A program made the translations under genes and the position numbers. Positions 25,546 through 38,422 of a stretch of DNA of 45,643 nt are shown here, piece by piece. Each line of letters starts with the position of its first letter. The first letter of the stretch is position 1. The DNA is from Lentisphaeria bacterium. Lineage in GTDB: Bacteria > Verrucomicrobiota > Lentisphaeria > JABSQK01 > JAWLHB01. The DNA lies in the NCBI GenBank assembly GCA_041690595.1, contig JAWLHB010000057.1, forward strand, positions 1 through 45,643, written 5' to 3'. Below the pieces are notes generated by a model, which searched no databases, was not told the origin of the DNA, and worked only from the letters and a program-made list of their open reading frames with translations.

Positions 25546-26973
25546 TCACGCATGACACCAATCGCGATAGACCTTGAGGACACCCTGCTGCGCGCAGGCG
25601 TTGCGGATAATGCCGGCGGCGCGTGTCGGCGGCACGAAAAGGAAGTGGCAAGCCTCGGTGAGCACACGGTTGTTCTGCAGGCGGGGCAACGCGGCCAGGA
25701 TGGCGCGCCCACGCTGGCAGAGGGCCGGATCGGCATGGAGAAAGCCACTGGCAAAGAGTAGTGGAACGGCCAGGTTGACGATGAGATCGTTGATGCGCGA
25801 CTCGCCCAGAAGGGCGGCGGGCTTACTCAACTGGCGGGTAAAGTCATAGAAGGGATGGTAGATCTCGCTATCGCCGCGGGCAAAGAGGTCGCGCAGCCGC
25901 TGCAGGGCGTGCGCCGGATCGTCGTCGCCGCTCATGACATCGATCAGCGCCTGGCCGGGACGATGGCGCGTGGCCACGAGGAAGAGCCAGGCAGCCAGTA
26001 CCCGCCGTTCCGGAGCATTGTAGGGGCGCATGCGCTGACGATTCCAGCGGATGGGGCGCCAGCTTTTGTGGTGCGGCCACCATGCTTGCCAGAGGCGCCG
26101 CAGCCAGAAGCGATGCTGATCGAGCACGGGCTGCTGGGAAGGATCCGGCAGCAGCCCACCGGCGCCCAGGAGCATGGCCAGGCCGGTCTCGTTATCGACC
26201 TGAGCGAGTCGCTCCAGCGGGAGAGCGTCGGCAAGTTGGGCAAAGGGTTCGCGATTGCTCTTGTAGCCCATGGCGTCGAGGAGGCGGGTATAGACGGTCT
26301 GCTCAAGGCCGGACGCGGTAATCTCGGCGCAGATGCGCTGTGCCTTGTGGAGGATGTGGGCGATGCCGTATGACTGAAAGAGGTCGCGCAGGAAGCCGTC
26401 GTTCATGTGGGCGATGGTCTGGGCCAGTTCGCCTGGCGGAACCTGCCGGGCGTAGGGGTAGGCGGTGAGATTGATCGTGTCGATGATCTCCGCGAGGGGT
26501 CTGTCGATGCACGTCTCGAGGGTGATGAGTGGAATGCCAAGCGGGTATTCGCGATGCCCATGGGGATTGTTCCAGACGACGTGGAGCACGACGTTGTCGT
26601 AGTCGCGGTTGTGCTGGTGGTGGTGCTGCGTCCATTGCTCGGGCTGGTGATGGATCTCGATGCTTCCGCGGCGCATGACGCCATCAACGACGATGACGGC
26701 ATCATGAAAATCCGGCCCGCTCTCGACGTTCCAAACGCCGCGATGGATGACGCGCAGATCCTGTCCCGCCACGCTCCGCAGGCTCTCGTGAACCAGCTGT
26801 TCGTTCCAGATCGCCTGCAGGAGCTTCTCCTGGAAGTAGGCTTCCTGCGGCTCGAAGAGAAAGAGACCTTCGCCGAAGAGGAGGGAGTAGAAACCATCCA
26901 GCGGCGTGGATGGTAAGACTGTTTCAGTTGATTTCACCGTGTGCCCGCAATAGTTTACTGGGTGATCAGCCAT
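25546..26973 (-). CDS. DUF2851-family protein (start uncertain, probably an internal non-ATG start)
   Basis: …LLQAIWNEQL…GPDFHDAVIVVDG…HGHREY… resembles DUF2851 as recalled. Confidence 0.5.
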   Translation of the reverse strand: MADHPVNYCGHTVKSTETVLPSTPLDGFYSLLFGEGLFLFEPQEAYFQEKLLQAIWNEQLVHESLRSVAGQDLRVIHRGVWNVESGPDFHDAVIVVDGVMRRGSIEIHHQPEQWTQHHHQHNRDYDNVVLHVVWNNPHGHREYPLGIPLITLETCIDRPLAEIIDTINLTAYPYARQVPPGELAQTIAHMNDGFLRDLFQSYGIAHILHKAQRICAEITASGLEQTVYTRLLDAMGYKSNREPFAQLADALPLERLAQVDNETGLAMLLGAGGLLPDPSQQPVLDQHRFWLRRLWQAWWPHHKSWRPIRWNRQRMRPYNAPERRVLAAWLFLVATRHRPGQALIDVMSGDDDPAHALQRLRDLFARGDSEIYHPFYDFTRQLSKPAALLGESRINDLIVNLAVPLLFASGFLHADPALCQRGRAILAALPRLQNNRVLTEACHFLFVPPTRAAGIIRNACAQQGVLKVYRDWCHA

Positions 26974-27006
26974 TGTGTTTCAATCCTTTAAGCGAGGAAC
27001 CCTGCT

Positions 27007-28416
27007 GTGCGTCCACTGCGATACCTGTTCTGCCTGTTGGCCGCGTCGTGCTTTGGCACGGCACTGGCACAAGATACGAACGGCACCGGCGCACCGTCCG
27101 GCACCGACAAACGGTCCAGTCGCCAGACGCCGGTTACGAACGCCGTGGCCAAAGCCCTCCCATCGGTTGTGAATATCAGCACGGAGCGGATAATCTCGCA
27201 ACAATATCGCAGATATGGCTCCAATGATCCCTTTTCTGACTTTTTCAATCAGTACTTTGGCCCTTCAGAACGCCATTACAAGACCAATTCTCTGGGCAGC
27301 GGGGTGATCATTGACTCGTCGGGTTTGATCATCACGAATGACCATGTCGTGCAGCGGGCGTCGCGAATCCTGATCACTCTCGCCGATGGCACCAATCTGG
27401 AAGCAACGCCCGTCGCCACCGACGAGAAGAACGATCTCGCCCTCCTTCGCATCAATGAAGTGCCTCCCAGCCTGAAGCTGGTTGCCATCGAATTTGCTGA
27501 GCCGGATGATCTGATCCTCGGCGAGACGGTGATCACCGTCGGCAATCCCTTCGGGCTCGGGCAAAGCGTCGCAGCCGGAGTTCTCAGCGCGATCGGCCGG
27601 AAAGCGATTCATGAAGGCGACATTCTCTTCGACGACATCCTGCAGACGGATGCCGCCATCAACCCCGGCAACAGCGGCGGGCCGCTGGTCAATGTCAACG
27701 GCCAGATGATCGGCATTAACCTGGCGATTCAGCGCGATGCGGAAGGTATCGGCTTTGCGATACCGCTGAGGCGCATCGAGGACATCGTCTGCCACTGGCT
27801 GATACCCGAGCGATTCAATCAAGCCGACCTGGGGCTGGTGCCAGGCACCCGAAGTGCAAGCCCCGGCCAGGTTCAGGCCATCGTGGTCGAAGTGCGCCCG
27901 GAGAGTCCTGCCGCAAAGGCCGGGCTCAAGGAGGGCGATGTCATTCTTCGCGTCGATGGTGAAGAGGTGCAGCAGGGGCTGGTGGTCAGTCGACATCTCT
28001 GGCACCTGCAACCGGGCAAGAGCGTGAGCCTGGCGCTGGCCGACGGGCGTACTCTGGAAATCACGCTGGAGGTAATGCCCCGCCTGAGTGGTCCCGAGCT
28101 GGCGCGAGAGAGGTTGCAGGTCGAACTGCAGGAGCTGACCCCACGCCTCGCGAGCGCGCTCAAGTTGCCCTACTCCCGCGGACTGGTGGTGACCGACATC
28201 GAGGAGAAGGGAGTGCTCGGCCGCCGGGGCGTGATCAAGGGCGACGTCATCATTCAGGCCGGCGAAGTACCCGTCTCGGATTTCGGAGATTTCGCGCTGG
28301 CATTCGAGCATGTTCACGATGGCGATGTGATCGAATTGGTGGTGGATCGGGTGGTGGAGCGAGCGCGACATTACTTTTTACAGAGATTTGTTGTGGATAT
28401 CCCTTTCAGGCTGTGA
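27007..28416 (+). CDS. Periplasmic serine endoprotease DegP/HtrA family with two PDZ domains
   Basis: Signal peptide. Catalytic-triad motifs (TNDHVV, DLALL, GNSGGPLVN). GTG start. Confidence 0.9.
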   Translation: MRPLRYLFCLLAASCFGTALAQDTNGTGAPSGTDKRSSRQTPVTNAVAKALPSVVNISTERIISQQYRRYGSNDPFSDFFNQYFGPSERHYKTNSLGSGVIIDSSGLIITNDHVVQRASRILITLADGTNLEATPVATDEKNDLALLRINEVPPSLKLVAIEFAEPDDLILGETVITVGNPFGLGQSVAAGVLSAIGRKAIHEGDILFDDILQTDAAINPGNSGGPLVNVNGQMIGINLAIQRDAEGIGFAIPLRRIEDIVCHWLIPERFNQADLGLVPGTRSASPGQVQAIVVEVRPESPAAKAGLKEGDVILRVDGEEVQQGLVVSRHLWHLQPGKSVSLALADGRTLEITLEVMPRLSGPELARERLQVELQELTPRLASALKLPYSRGLVVTDIEEKGVLGRRGVIKGDVIIQAGEVPVSDFGDFALAFEHVHDGDVIELVVDRVVERARHYFLQRFVVDIPFRL

Positions 28417-28453
28417 ATTCGTTGCTATGTTAGGGTAACGGGAGATAGATACT

Positions 28454-28756
28454 GTGTTGAACCGAACCGCCTTGGCCATCCTGCTCTTCAGCTTGTTGGT
28501 TGCATTTGGCGCTTACCTTCTGGTTCCGACCATAAGTGAGCACCAGAAGACGAACCATGAATTGCAGCAGGCCAACCGCAAGCTGCTCGAGCACAAGGAA
28601 GAGAATCAGAAGCTGCGCAGCGAAATCCAGATGTTGAACAGTGACGCGCGTACCATCGAACGGGTGGCGCGAGACAAGTTCGGCTACGTCATGCCCAACG
28701 AGACGGTTTACGACTTCACCAAGCCCCTCCCCGCGCCGAAGCCTCGCATCCAGTAG
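28454..28756 (+). CDS. Cell division protein FtsB/DivIC-like (septum formation initiator)
   Basis: 100 aa with one N-terminal TM helix, a coiled-coil, and a C-terminal …RVARDKFGYVMPNETVY motif. Confidence 0.6.
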   Translation: MLNRTALAILLFSLLVAFGAYLLVPTISEHQKTNHELQQANRKLLEHKEENQKLRSEIQMLNSDARTIERVARDKFGYVMPNETVYDFTKPLPAPKPRIQ

Positions 28757-28793
28757 ACGCCGCCACATCGCGACAAGATCTGCTACTGATCGT

Positions 28794-28825
28794 TGAGCCA
28801 GCGCCGGCACTCGCCAACGCTGGCT
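28794..28825. terminator. Possible bidirectional hairpin between convergent ftsB-like and serA genes (9-bp stem GAGCCAGCG/CGCTGGCTC)
   Basis: Read directly. No clear U-tract on either strand. Confidence 0.3.
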
Positions 28826-28848
28826 CATGAAGTCAGCCTGCTCCCGGC

Positions 28849-30420
28849 TCAGATCTGCAGGTAAACGGCCTTTACAAAACCATCATGGGCAAGAATCTCG
28901 CCCAGAGCCTGATCGCTCACTGCCTTGTTGACCTTGAGTACCGCGAGCGAATTGCCGGTGCGAGGGTCGTGCGGTGAACGTATGTCTTCGATATTGACAT
29001 CATTGGCCGCCATGACCGACGTGATCTTTGCCAGCATTCCCGGACGATCGTTGTAGACAACGAGGACGCTGTGACCGGTGGGCTCGAAATAGAGCCGATC
29101 GAAGTTGTTGATGCGCGAGACCATGATGGCACCTTCCGCAATCGTACCGCGCACGCTGACACTGCTGAAGCTCTGGTCCTTACCTTCCAGCAGGTCGATG
29201 GTGATGGAGTTGCCATAGCCCTTGCTTTCGTCCGCCCCGCGGCTGACATGGGTGATCCCTTTCTCGCCCAGATAGTCGGTCGCCTGCTGATAGTCGAAGA
29301 ATGGGTCGAAATTGCTGGCCAACCCGAGCACGACAGGACCGAGCAACCAATTCTCGAACTGATTCAGATCGCCATAGAAGCTGGTCTCGATACGGCGCGG
29401 CTGTACCCCCTTCCCGAGGTAACCGCGGGCGATGCGGGTAAGATAGTAGGCCAGGAGCTGGTAGTTCTCGCTGAGACCTTCCGGAATACCGCGATTGACG
29501 ACGCAGGTGCTGATGCCGCGCTCGAAATAACCGACCAGTTGATCCGCCGCCCGCTTGGCGGCATTGAAGTTCGCTTCCTGCGTGTTGGCGCCAAGATGCG
29601 GCAACATGATGTCGGCGACATCCGCGACGCTCTTGGGGCCCGCTTCATCCTTGGGATAGACGTCGTTGCAGTAGATCAGCGACTTCGTCGCCTTGACGCT
29701 GCGAAGATCGGCCTCGTTGACCACGCCCGCGCGAGCGCAGTTCACCAACATGGCCCCGTCCTTCATCTGCTCCAGAACCGTCTTGTTGATCATGCCGCGC
29801 GTCTCCTCCGTCTCCGGAAGATGCAGAGACACAACGTCCGACCGCCCGAAAAGGTCGCTCAGCGTGCAAAGCTCGACATTGAGTTCTTCGGCGCGTCTGC
29901 TCGACAGAATGGGATCATAGGCGAGCACGGTCAATTCGAAGCCGTTCAGGCGCTTGACGAGGAGCTGCCCGATGTTACCGAGGCCGACGATGCCGATTGT
30001 TTTTCCGGCAAGCTCGCGCCCCATCAGCTTCTTCTTCTCCCACCCGCCGGCGCGAGTCGTCTGATCGCCGCGCACGACATGCCGGTAAGCGGCAAGAATG
30101 AGGGCGACCACCTCTTCGGCAACGGCGTTGGCATTGGCGCCCGGGGTGTTCATGACATCGACGCCCTGGCGCCTGGCGTGCTTGATGTCGATGGTGTTGA
30201 AGCCGGCGCCGGCGCGCACGACAAGGCGAAGATTGGGCAGCGCATCGAGGATGGCCTGGTCCACCTTTTCACTGCGGACGATGACAGCGGTGGTCTCTGG
30301 ATGACGCGCCACCAGCTCTCCAATAGGAGTGTCGGCATCCTGCACAACATCGTAGCCTTGGGCACGCAGGGTATCCGCCGCAACGGCATCCAGCTTTGTC
30401 GGGATCAGTACTTTACGCAT
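28849..30420 (-). CDS. serA: D-3-phosphoglycerate dehydrogenase with C-terminal ACT domain
   Basis: MRKVLIPTKLD… start chosen; the track ORF extends further upstream. NAD-binding motif GIVGLGNIGQ. 524 aa. Confidence 0.88.
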   Translation of the reverse strand: MRKVLIPTKLDAVAADTLRAQGYDVVQDADTPIGELVARHPETTAVIVRSEKVDQAILDALPNLRLVVRAGAGFNTIDIKHARRQGVDVMNTPGANANAVAEEVVALILAAYRHVVRGDQTTRAGGWEKKKLMGRELAGKTIGIVGLGNIGQLLVKRLNGFELTVLAYDPILSSRRAEELNVELCTLSDLFGRSDVVSLHLPETEETRGMINKTVLEQMKDGAMLVNCARAGVVNEADLRSVKATKSLIYCNDVYPKDEAGPKSVADVADIMLPHLGANTQEANFNAAKRAADQLVGYFERGISTCVVNRGIPEGLSENYQLLAYYLTRIARGYLGKGVQPRRIETSFYGDLNQFENWLLGPVVLGLASNFDPFFDYQQATDYLGEKGITHVSRGADESKGYGNSITIDLLEGKDQSFSSVSVRGTIAEGAIMVSRINNFDRLYFEPTGHSVLVVYNDRPGMLAKITSVMAANDVNIEDIRSPHDPRTGNSLAVLKVNKAVSDQALGEILAHDGFVKAVYLQI

Positions 30421-30517
30421 TATGTAGTCCATATCATGCTGAAGGTTGGTCTTGCGATCGCTACACCATTCCCTACTGCCAGGCTGTAGCACGACCTGGC
30501 TGGCCCCCACCCGTAGA

Positions 30518-32260
30518 TCACTGACTGTCTTCCTCAAGATACGGGACGACAATGCTATACTGCTTGGCCAGTCTCTCGATCTCCTGGCGGGTCGCTGCAT
30601 CGTTCCGAACAGTCCACTCCGCGATGAGGTGGTAGATCTTCTGCGCGGCCCAACGGGTCGCCAGTTCCCCCTTGGCGGTGCCGGCTTCCGACAGATCGGC
30701 GGTTACCACCAGCTCCTCTTCCTTACCCTCGCGGTTGAGGCCGATGACCTGGATGCCCAATGTCTCGGTCCCCTTGGGCACTCGACCGTATACGGTCAAC
30801 GGATGCCCCCGGAAAAGGTGCTGCAACTGCCGTGGATAAATATCCTCCTGGACCTCACCCGTCACCTGACACCGGGGGTCGGCAACGATGATGTCCGTCA
30901 ACCCGCCAACATAACCGGTGAGCTGCGTAACCGTATTGTCGAGCTTCTCCGCGTGGACGCTGAGGCCGCGGTTTCTGTAGGAGAGGAAGTTCATCAGAAA
31001 CATGTTCGCTTCCTTGCCGGCACTGAAGGAGAAGATCGACGCATTGGCGCGATTCTCGCTGCTGACGCGCCGGATGAAGGCGTTGTTGGCAAGCTTGTGC
31101 CCCGTGGTGGTGAGCCCGTCACTAAGCATGAAAATCAGGTAGGGACGGCTCTCGTCCGTGCGTTCGATCGCGATGTATGGCGCCAGGCCGGCATAGACAT
31201 CCGTCTTGCCCCGCGACTTGAGCTGCTTCAGAAATTCGCGGGCTGCTTCGACACTCTCGGGCGTAACGGGCCGAAGCCGGTCGAAGAGCGGCCTTGGCTC
31301 TTCGCGGAAAGCGACGACGTCGAACCGATCCTCCGGCTGCAGATAGTCAAAAGCCTGATCCAGACCATTCCGAAACTCGCGCAGCTTCTCCCAGCCGATA
31401 CTGGCGCTGGAATCCACCAGGAAGAGCACATCCTTCGGGATGGTCACCAGGCGGTCGGCCTTTTCGTTCGGCATGATCGTGATCTCCACGTAGCCATCAG
31501 CCGTCTGCTCATCCCAGTAGACGGCCACGTCCACCTGCATCAGGGAATCCAGCACATTGGCTTCGGGGCTGATAAGCTCCGGCTTCGTCTGGGTAATGGA
31601 TTTGGGCAGCTCCGGCCGTTTCACCACGGGCAGCGGCGGCAGTTCAGTCGGCCGTCTGGCTGGCAGCTTGAGGCGCATGCCCAGCTCGACCGCTTCCGGT
31701 TGCCCGAGGCCAGTCCCGCCAGGGCTGGTTGACGTGATCGATGGCACGACAGATTCCGTCAGCAGCTTGCGCTCGATCTCCGGGATGATCTGCCGCTCGC
31801 TCATTGCCCGCGTCGGCGGCAACTCACGGGCGCGTATCGACAGGATCTCCGGCGGCGGTGAGCTCATGGGAGCCGTGCCGATAGACTCGTTCGACTTCTT
31901 CTTCGGGATCGCCACCACCTTTTTGAGCAGATCCCTGCCCAGCCCCGTAAGCTGCGGTTTGAGTTCCGGCTTCACCTGGTCGACAAGCTTCTCCTGCTCG
32001 AAGAGCTTGTGCAGGCGCTCCTCCTGTTGATCCAGAATCCGCTTCTTGCTCTCCGTGCGCGGCAGCAGGGGCGGCTTCACCAGCTCATCGAGGTCAATGG
32101 AGCGTACCGTCACCTGCTGCGACGGCCGGTCGATCGCCTTTGCTGGCGTAAAAAGCGGCACTTCCATATGCGAGGCAACCTGCCACAGCAGAGCGTGTAT
32201 CAGCAGTGAAACCACCACCGAGACCAGCAGGAAATACCCAGTCTGTCCATTATCATTCAT
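30518..32260 (-). CDS. Membrane-anchored von Willebrand factor A (VWA) domain protein with a Pro-rich linker
   Basis: Start chosen at MNDNGQTGYFLL…, with Shine-Dalgarno GGAGAGGG upstream. One N-terminal TM helix. VWA region …VLFLVDSSASIG… (MIDAS-like DxSxS). Confidence 0.65.
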   Translation of the reverse strand: MNDNGQTGYFLLVSVVVSLLIHALLWQVASHMEVPLFTPAKAIDRPSQQVTVRSIDLDELVKPPLLPRTESKKRILDQQEERLHKLFEQEKLVDQVKPELKPQLTGLGRDLLKKVVAIPKKKSNESIGTAPMSSPPPEILSIRARELPPTRAMSERQIIPEIERKLLTESVVPSITSTSPGGTGLGQPEAVELGMRLKLPARRPTELPPLPVVKRPELPKSITQTKPELISPEANVLDSLMQVDVAVYWDEQTADGYVEITIMPNEKADRLVTIPKDVLFLVDSSASIGWEKLREFRNGLDQAFDYLQPEDRFDVVAFREEPRPLFDRLRPVTPESVEAAREFLKQLKSRGKTDVYAGLAPYIAIERTDESRPYLIFMLSDGLTTTGHKLANNAFIRRVSSENRANASIFSFSAGKEANMFLMNFLSYRNRGLSVHAEKLDNTVTQLTGYVGGLTDIIVADPRCQVTGEVQEDIYPRQLQHLFRGHPLTVYGRVPKGTETLGIQVIGLNREGKEEELVVTADLSEAGTAKGELATRWAAQKIYHLIAEWTVRNDAATRQEIERLAKQYSIVVPYLEEDSQ

Positions 32261-32437
32261 CTTCTTCCACCCTCTCCTGACCGCTGATTTGCGGCGCACA
32301 TCCCGATAGACGCACTAGTATACTCCGGTTTCCGCACATTGCGAAGCCTCTCTCCACACATGGGTTTGACAGTAGCCCAGCTCCAGTGTTCCCGACGCTT
32401 GCCGCGTGCCGCACCGGACCGATGCCGCGCATTCGCC

Positions 32438-32466
32438 TTGCAACTCACCGGCTGAATGTGTACACT
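32438..32466 (+). promoter_or_regulatory. Putative sigma70 promoter: TTGCAA at 32438-32443, 17-nt spacer, TACACT at 32461-32466
   Basis: Read directly. 38 nt upstream of the 32505 ATG. Confidence 0.4.
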
Positions 32467-32504
32467 CTACTCAACCTCCAATCCATACTAAAGTGAAAAC
32501 ATAC

Positions 32505-33254
32505 ATGAAGAGACAGAGACGCTTTACCCTGATCGAACTTCTGGTGGTTGTGGCGATAATCGCCATTCTCGCCAGCATGCTGCTCCCTGCCCTCAGCAAT
32601 GCCCGTGAACGCGCTCGGCGCTCAAGCTGCCTCAACAACGTCAAGCAGCTCAATACCGCCAATTTCTTTTACCTGGAAGACAACGACTACTTCATGTATC
32701 TGCCTTTCTCCAACTACGGCATGTACATCCAGCACCCCTCCAACGGCACCCCCGTCGGCATGGGATTCCTCACGACCGAAGGCTACATCGGCGGCGGCGG
32801 TAACTACTACTGCCCTGCAGCCGAAGTGGCCACCACCTTTGTCAATTGGGATTCTGCCCTGCACACGCAAACCAGCTTCGATCAGAATTTCCAGAAGACC
32901 AATTCACGCGTCGGCTCCCAGTATACCTTCAACGTCGTCTGGCTGAACTACCTGATCGGCAGTGTACCCAACCACTTCGATGGCGGTAGCTTGATTCGCT
33001 CCAAGGTCAATCTCGGCGTTCCCAATCATGACAAGCAACCCATGTTTGCCGATGCCATCGGCAACAACAGCGGCAACAGCAAGCGCTTCATCAACCACAA
33101 GTTCGAAGGTTTCAACGTCGGCTACATGGGCGGACACACCAAATGGATCTCCATGTCCCGCGCCGCCGATCCGCTGGCCTTCTTCGAAAGTGGCAATGTC
33201 ACCAACGGCAACCAGATGAGCAACTTCTGGTTCTTCTATCAGAACAGCCAGTGA
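32505..33254 (+). CDS. Prepilin-type N-terminal cleavage/methylation domain protein with DUF1559-like body (H-X9-DG-type, PVC-lineage hallmark)
   Basis: [30 protein letters not shown]… class III signal. The start was moved to the internal ATG at 32505. Confidence 0.8.
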   Translation: MKRQRRFTLIELLVVVAIIAILASMLLPALSNARERARRSSCLNNVKQLNTANFFYLEDNDYFMYLPFSNYGMYIQHPSNGTPVGMGFLTTEGYIGGGGNYYCPAAEVATTFVNWDSALHTQTSFDQNFQKTNSRVGSQYTFNVVWLNYLIGSVPNHFDGGSLIRSKVNLGVPNHDKQPMFADAIGNNSGNSKRFINHKFEGFNVGYMGGHTKWISMSRAADPLAFFESGNVTNGNQMSNFWFFYQNSQ

Positions 33255-34985
33255 TCACGCCCGACAGCGCGCCGCCACCTCCTCCTTGATGAAGGTCACC
33301 ACCTGCGCCAGGGGCAGCATCTCCTTGCGGGAACCGTCGCGAGTCTTGAACTCCACCTCTCCGCTTTCCAGATTGCGCGGCGAAATCACCAGGCGCAGCG
33401 GCACCCCGATCAGGTCCGCGTCATTGAACTGAAAGCCCGCCTTCTCGTTGCGGTCGTCGATCAGCACCTCGATGCCTGCCGCGGTCAGCTCCCCATAAAG
33501 GCGATCGGCGACCTCACCCACCTCGCCCTTGTTGATGTTGAGCACGCACATGTGCACCTGGTACGGCGCGATGCTGAAGGGCCACACGGGGCCGTACTCG
33601 TCGTGGCTCTGCTCGATCACCGCGGCCATCGCCCGCCCTACCCCGATGCCATAGCAGCCCATGATCATCGTCTGACTCCGCCCATTCTCGTCCAGGAAGT
33701 TGCAGTTCATGGCGGCGCTGTACTTGGTCCCGAGCTGAAAGATGTTGCCCACCTCGATCCCGCGCCGCTCCAGCAGCGGTTCGCCGGTCACCGGGCAAGG
33801 CTCTCCGGCCTTCACGTTGCGCACATCGACGACCTCGGCCTTGCTCGCCAGATCCCCCATGTCCCGCGTGAAGTTGAAGTTCCGGTAATGGTAATCTTCC
33901 TCGTTGGCCCCGACCACCAGATTGGCCGACTCCCGGGCCGATGGATCGAAGATGATGCGCACCTTCTCCCCAGTCACCTCCATTGGCGAGGCATAGCCAG
34001 GAACGCTGCCCACTGCGCGGATCTCCTCATCCCCCGCAAATCGCAGCTCCGACACCTTCAGGTAATTCTTGAGCTTGGTCTCGTTGATCTCGAAGTCGCC
34101 GCGGATCACCGCCAGCACCAACTGCTCGTCCGCCGTCATGTAGAAGACCGCCTTGCCCGTCCGGGCCGTGGAGACACCCAGAAACTCCGCCACCTCTTCG
34201 ATCGACTTCCGGCCTGGCGTGTGCACCTTGTCCAGCACTTCCGCCGGCCCGCCGTCAAAGGTCACCGCGCTGGTCGCCACCTCGCGATTGGCCCGGTAGC
34301 GGCCATCGGGCGACATGAAAATGGTATCTTCGCCGCACTCGGCCAGCGCCATGAACTCGTGCGCGACCTTGCCGCCCATCATCCCCGTGTCCGACTGGAT
34401 CGAGAGAACCTCCGCCATCCCCAACCGACGGAAGATCCGCTCGTACGCCTCATGCGCTCGGGCGTAATAGCGCTCCAGGCACTCCTGGCTGGTATGGAAC
34501 GAATAGCCGTCTTTCATGGTGAACTCACGCACCCGAATCAGTCCCGCCCGCGCCCGCGCCTCGTCACGGTACTTCGTCTGGACCTGGTACAGCATCACCG
34601 GCAGCTGCTTGTAGGAATTGATCTCCGTCCGCACCAGGTGCACCACCGCTTCCTCATGCGTCATGCCCAGCAGCATCGCCTTGTCGTTGCGATCACGGAA
34701 GCGCAGCAGCTCCGGCCCCACGGTCGCGTACCGCCCGCTCTCCTCCCACAGCTCCGCCGGCAGCACCACCGGCAGCAGCACTTCCTGCCCGTCGATCCGG
34801 TCCATCTCCTCCCGAATGATCCGCTCGATCTTCGCGATCACCCGCTTCCCCAGCGGCAGCAGCGAGAAGATCCCCGTCGATACCGGCCGCACATAGCCGC
34901 CACGAATCGAAAATATATGACTGGCGGTCTGCGCCTCACGGGGCGTCTCTTTCATCCGCCGCCCAACCAGTTGCGACATCTTCAT
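33255..34985 (-). CDS. proS: Proline--tRNA ligase (bacterial type with editing domain)
   Basis: 576 aa. Class II aaRS motifs. N-terminus MKMSQLVGRRMKETPREAQTASH… typical of ProRS. Confidence 0.9.
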   Translation of the reverse strand: MKMSQLVGRRMKETPREAQTASHIFSIRGGYVRPVSTGIFSLLPLGKRVIAKIERIIREEMDRIDGQEVLLPVVLPAELWEESGRYATVGPELLRFRDRNDKAMLLGMTHEEAVVHLVRTEINSYKQLPVMLYQVQTKYRDEARARAGLIRVREFTMKDGYSFHTSQECLERYYARAHEAYERIFRRLGMAEVLSIQSDTGMMGGKVAHEFMALAECGEDTIFMSPDGRYRANREVATSAVTFDGGPAEVLDKVHTPGRKSIEEVAEFLGVSTARTGKAVFYMTADEQLVLAVIRGDFEINETKLKNYLKVSELRFAGDEEIRAVGSVPGYASPMEVTGEKVRIIFDPSARESANLVVGANEEDYHYRNFNFTRDMGDLASKAEVVDVRNVKAGEPCPVTGEPLLERRGIEVGNIFQLGTKYSAAMNCNFLDENGRSQTMIMGCYGIGVGRAMAAVIEQSHDEYGPVWPFSIAPYQVHMCVLNINKGEVGEVADRLYGELTAAGIEVLIDDRNEKAGFQFNDADLIGVPLRLVISPRNLESGEVEFKTRDGSRKEMLPLAQVVTFIKEEVAARCRA

Positions 34986-35214
34986 AGCGTCGTCTCGTCC
35001 TTAGTAAGTAAAAAAACTATGCCAATTGTGATCCAGAAGCTCATCCCGGCGACACCTCGGTGCACCCCGCGGGCAGCCACTAAACTACGCCCATACTCCC
35101 TCACTCTCAACCCCCTTCCCCCAATTTGTCCCCCACCCGCCCCCACCCCCGACAGGAATTTCTTCATCCTCCCCCGAATTCGCCTTGTCGGCATCCATAT
35201 CAGGTGCTTAGTTT

Positions 35215-36579
<1,365 letters not shown>

Positions 36580-38422
36580 CGGCCCCTTCCACCAGCCAGC
36601 GCACCTGATAAGGGCCCAGCGGCACGCTCCCTCCGGCCAGCCTCTCTCCCGTCAGCAGATCCACCGCCCCACCCTGCCCCGCCTCCACCGCGATCAGTCC
36701 CGGCGTCACATTGTGCAGCGCCGTCAGCCGGCGATCTCCCGCCGTCCGGCGCAGCGCGAAGCAGCCGCTGCCCAGCTCCAGCACCTCCTGCTCCGCATCC
36801 GGATGCAGGCAAGGCTCCGTCGCGCGTATCTCCAGCAGGCGGCAGTACTCCGCAAAGACCATCGCCCGCAACGACTCCGGCTCCGCCAGCTCCGCATCCA
36901 GCTCTCCCTCCACCAGTTGCTCCCGGTTGATCGACCGAGCCCGACCGCTCCGCGCCACCCCCGCCAGGTCGTTGCGGCTGCCGAGCAGGCTGTGAATGTA
37001 GATCCCCGGAATCCCGATAAAACTCAGCGGGATCGCCTGCGAAAGCATGAAGCGACGCACCTGCACCGCCATCGGCTCATCGCTGTCCGGATGGTTCACC
37101 GCGTCGAAGTAATTCAGATTCAGCTCGTACGGCGCGATCGAGCCATCCGGATTCCGTTTCCCCGTGATGTCGCCATGATGCTCGCGCGCCAGTTCCAGCA
37201 GCACCTGGCGCTGCTCCTCACTCAGCAGCCCCTCCGTCGGCCGCATGCCGATACCGTCATGAGTCGCCGTGATGTTGAGGTACGTCGCCCCATCGCCCAC
37301 CTTGCGCACCCCCGCCGCCCAAGCCGTCAGGTGCGTCGCATCCCCCACCGCGATCGAAAAGAGAATGAGCGGCGCAAGACTGAAGTTGTAGATCACCTGC
37401 GCCTCGTCCCCACGATCCCCGAAATAGGCCATATTCTCCTCGTGCGGCACATTCGTCTCCGTCAGCAGCAACACATGCGGCGCCACCGCATCCAGCACCC
37501 GCCGCAGCAGCTTGATGATCGCATGCGTCTCCGGCAGGTGCGCACACGAACTCCCCAGCCGCTTCCACAGGTACGGAATCGCGTCCAGGCGAATCATCCG
37601 AGCCCCCCGCGCCGCATAGAACAGCAACACATCCACCATCTCCAGCAACACCGCCGGGTTCTGGTAATTCAGATCCACCTGATCCCGGCTGAAGGTCGTC
37701 CACAGCCAGACCGTCGTCCCATCCCCCTTCCGGTAGTCATGCAGCAGCGGCAGGTTCCGCGTTCGCAGCACGCTCCGCGTATCCGTCTCTGGCGGCAGCG
37801 CGATCGCAAAATTTGCATACCGCGGATCGTCAGCCAGAAAACCGCGAATGTACGCACTCTCCTGTGACACATGATTGATCACCCCATCCACTGCCAGCCG
37901 GTACTCCCGCCCCAGCGCCTCCACCTCCTCCCAGCCGCCCACCTTCTCCTCTACCTCACGGAAATCCACCACCGAAAAACCATCGTCCGAACTCCACGGA
38001 AAGAACGGCAGCAGATGCACAAAACTAACCCGCTTCCCCACATGCCGACGCAGAAACCGGTGCAGCACCGCCAGCGGCACCGCATCCTCCCCCACAATGC
38101 TGTCCGCGTACGTAATCAGCAGCGCGTCCCCCTGGTCCCACCGCCGCTGCTGCACCGGTGGCCCGATCCGCCCGCGATACCCCGCGACCAGCTCCGCCAG
38201 CTCCTTGCTGACACCCGGCGCGCGATCCTCGCCGTACAACATCGCCAGCGTGCGCTCCACCCATTCCCCCAAGCTCTCCTCCATCATACTCTCCTCATCC
38301 CTTGTTGACGCAGCCACTATCGGTAAGCAGGCTACTATATCCCACACCAGCCCCAGGCACACCCCAAACCCGGAACGTCCGGCCCCCGATGCACAGGTGG
38401 TCCCCCGAAATGTTCTCGCCAG

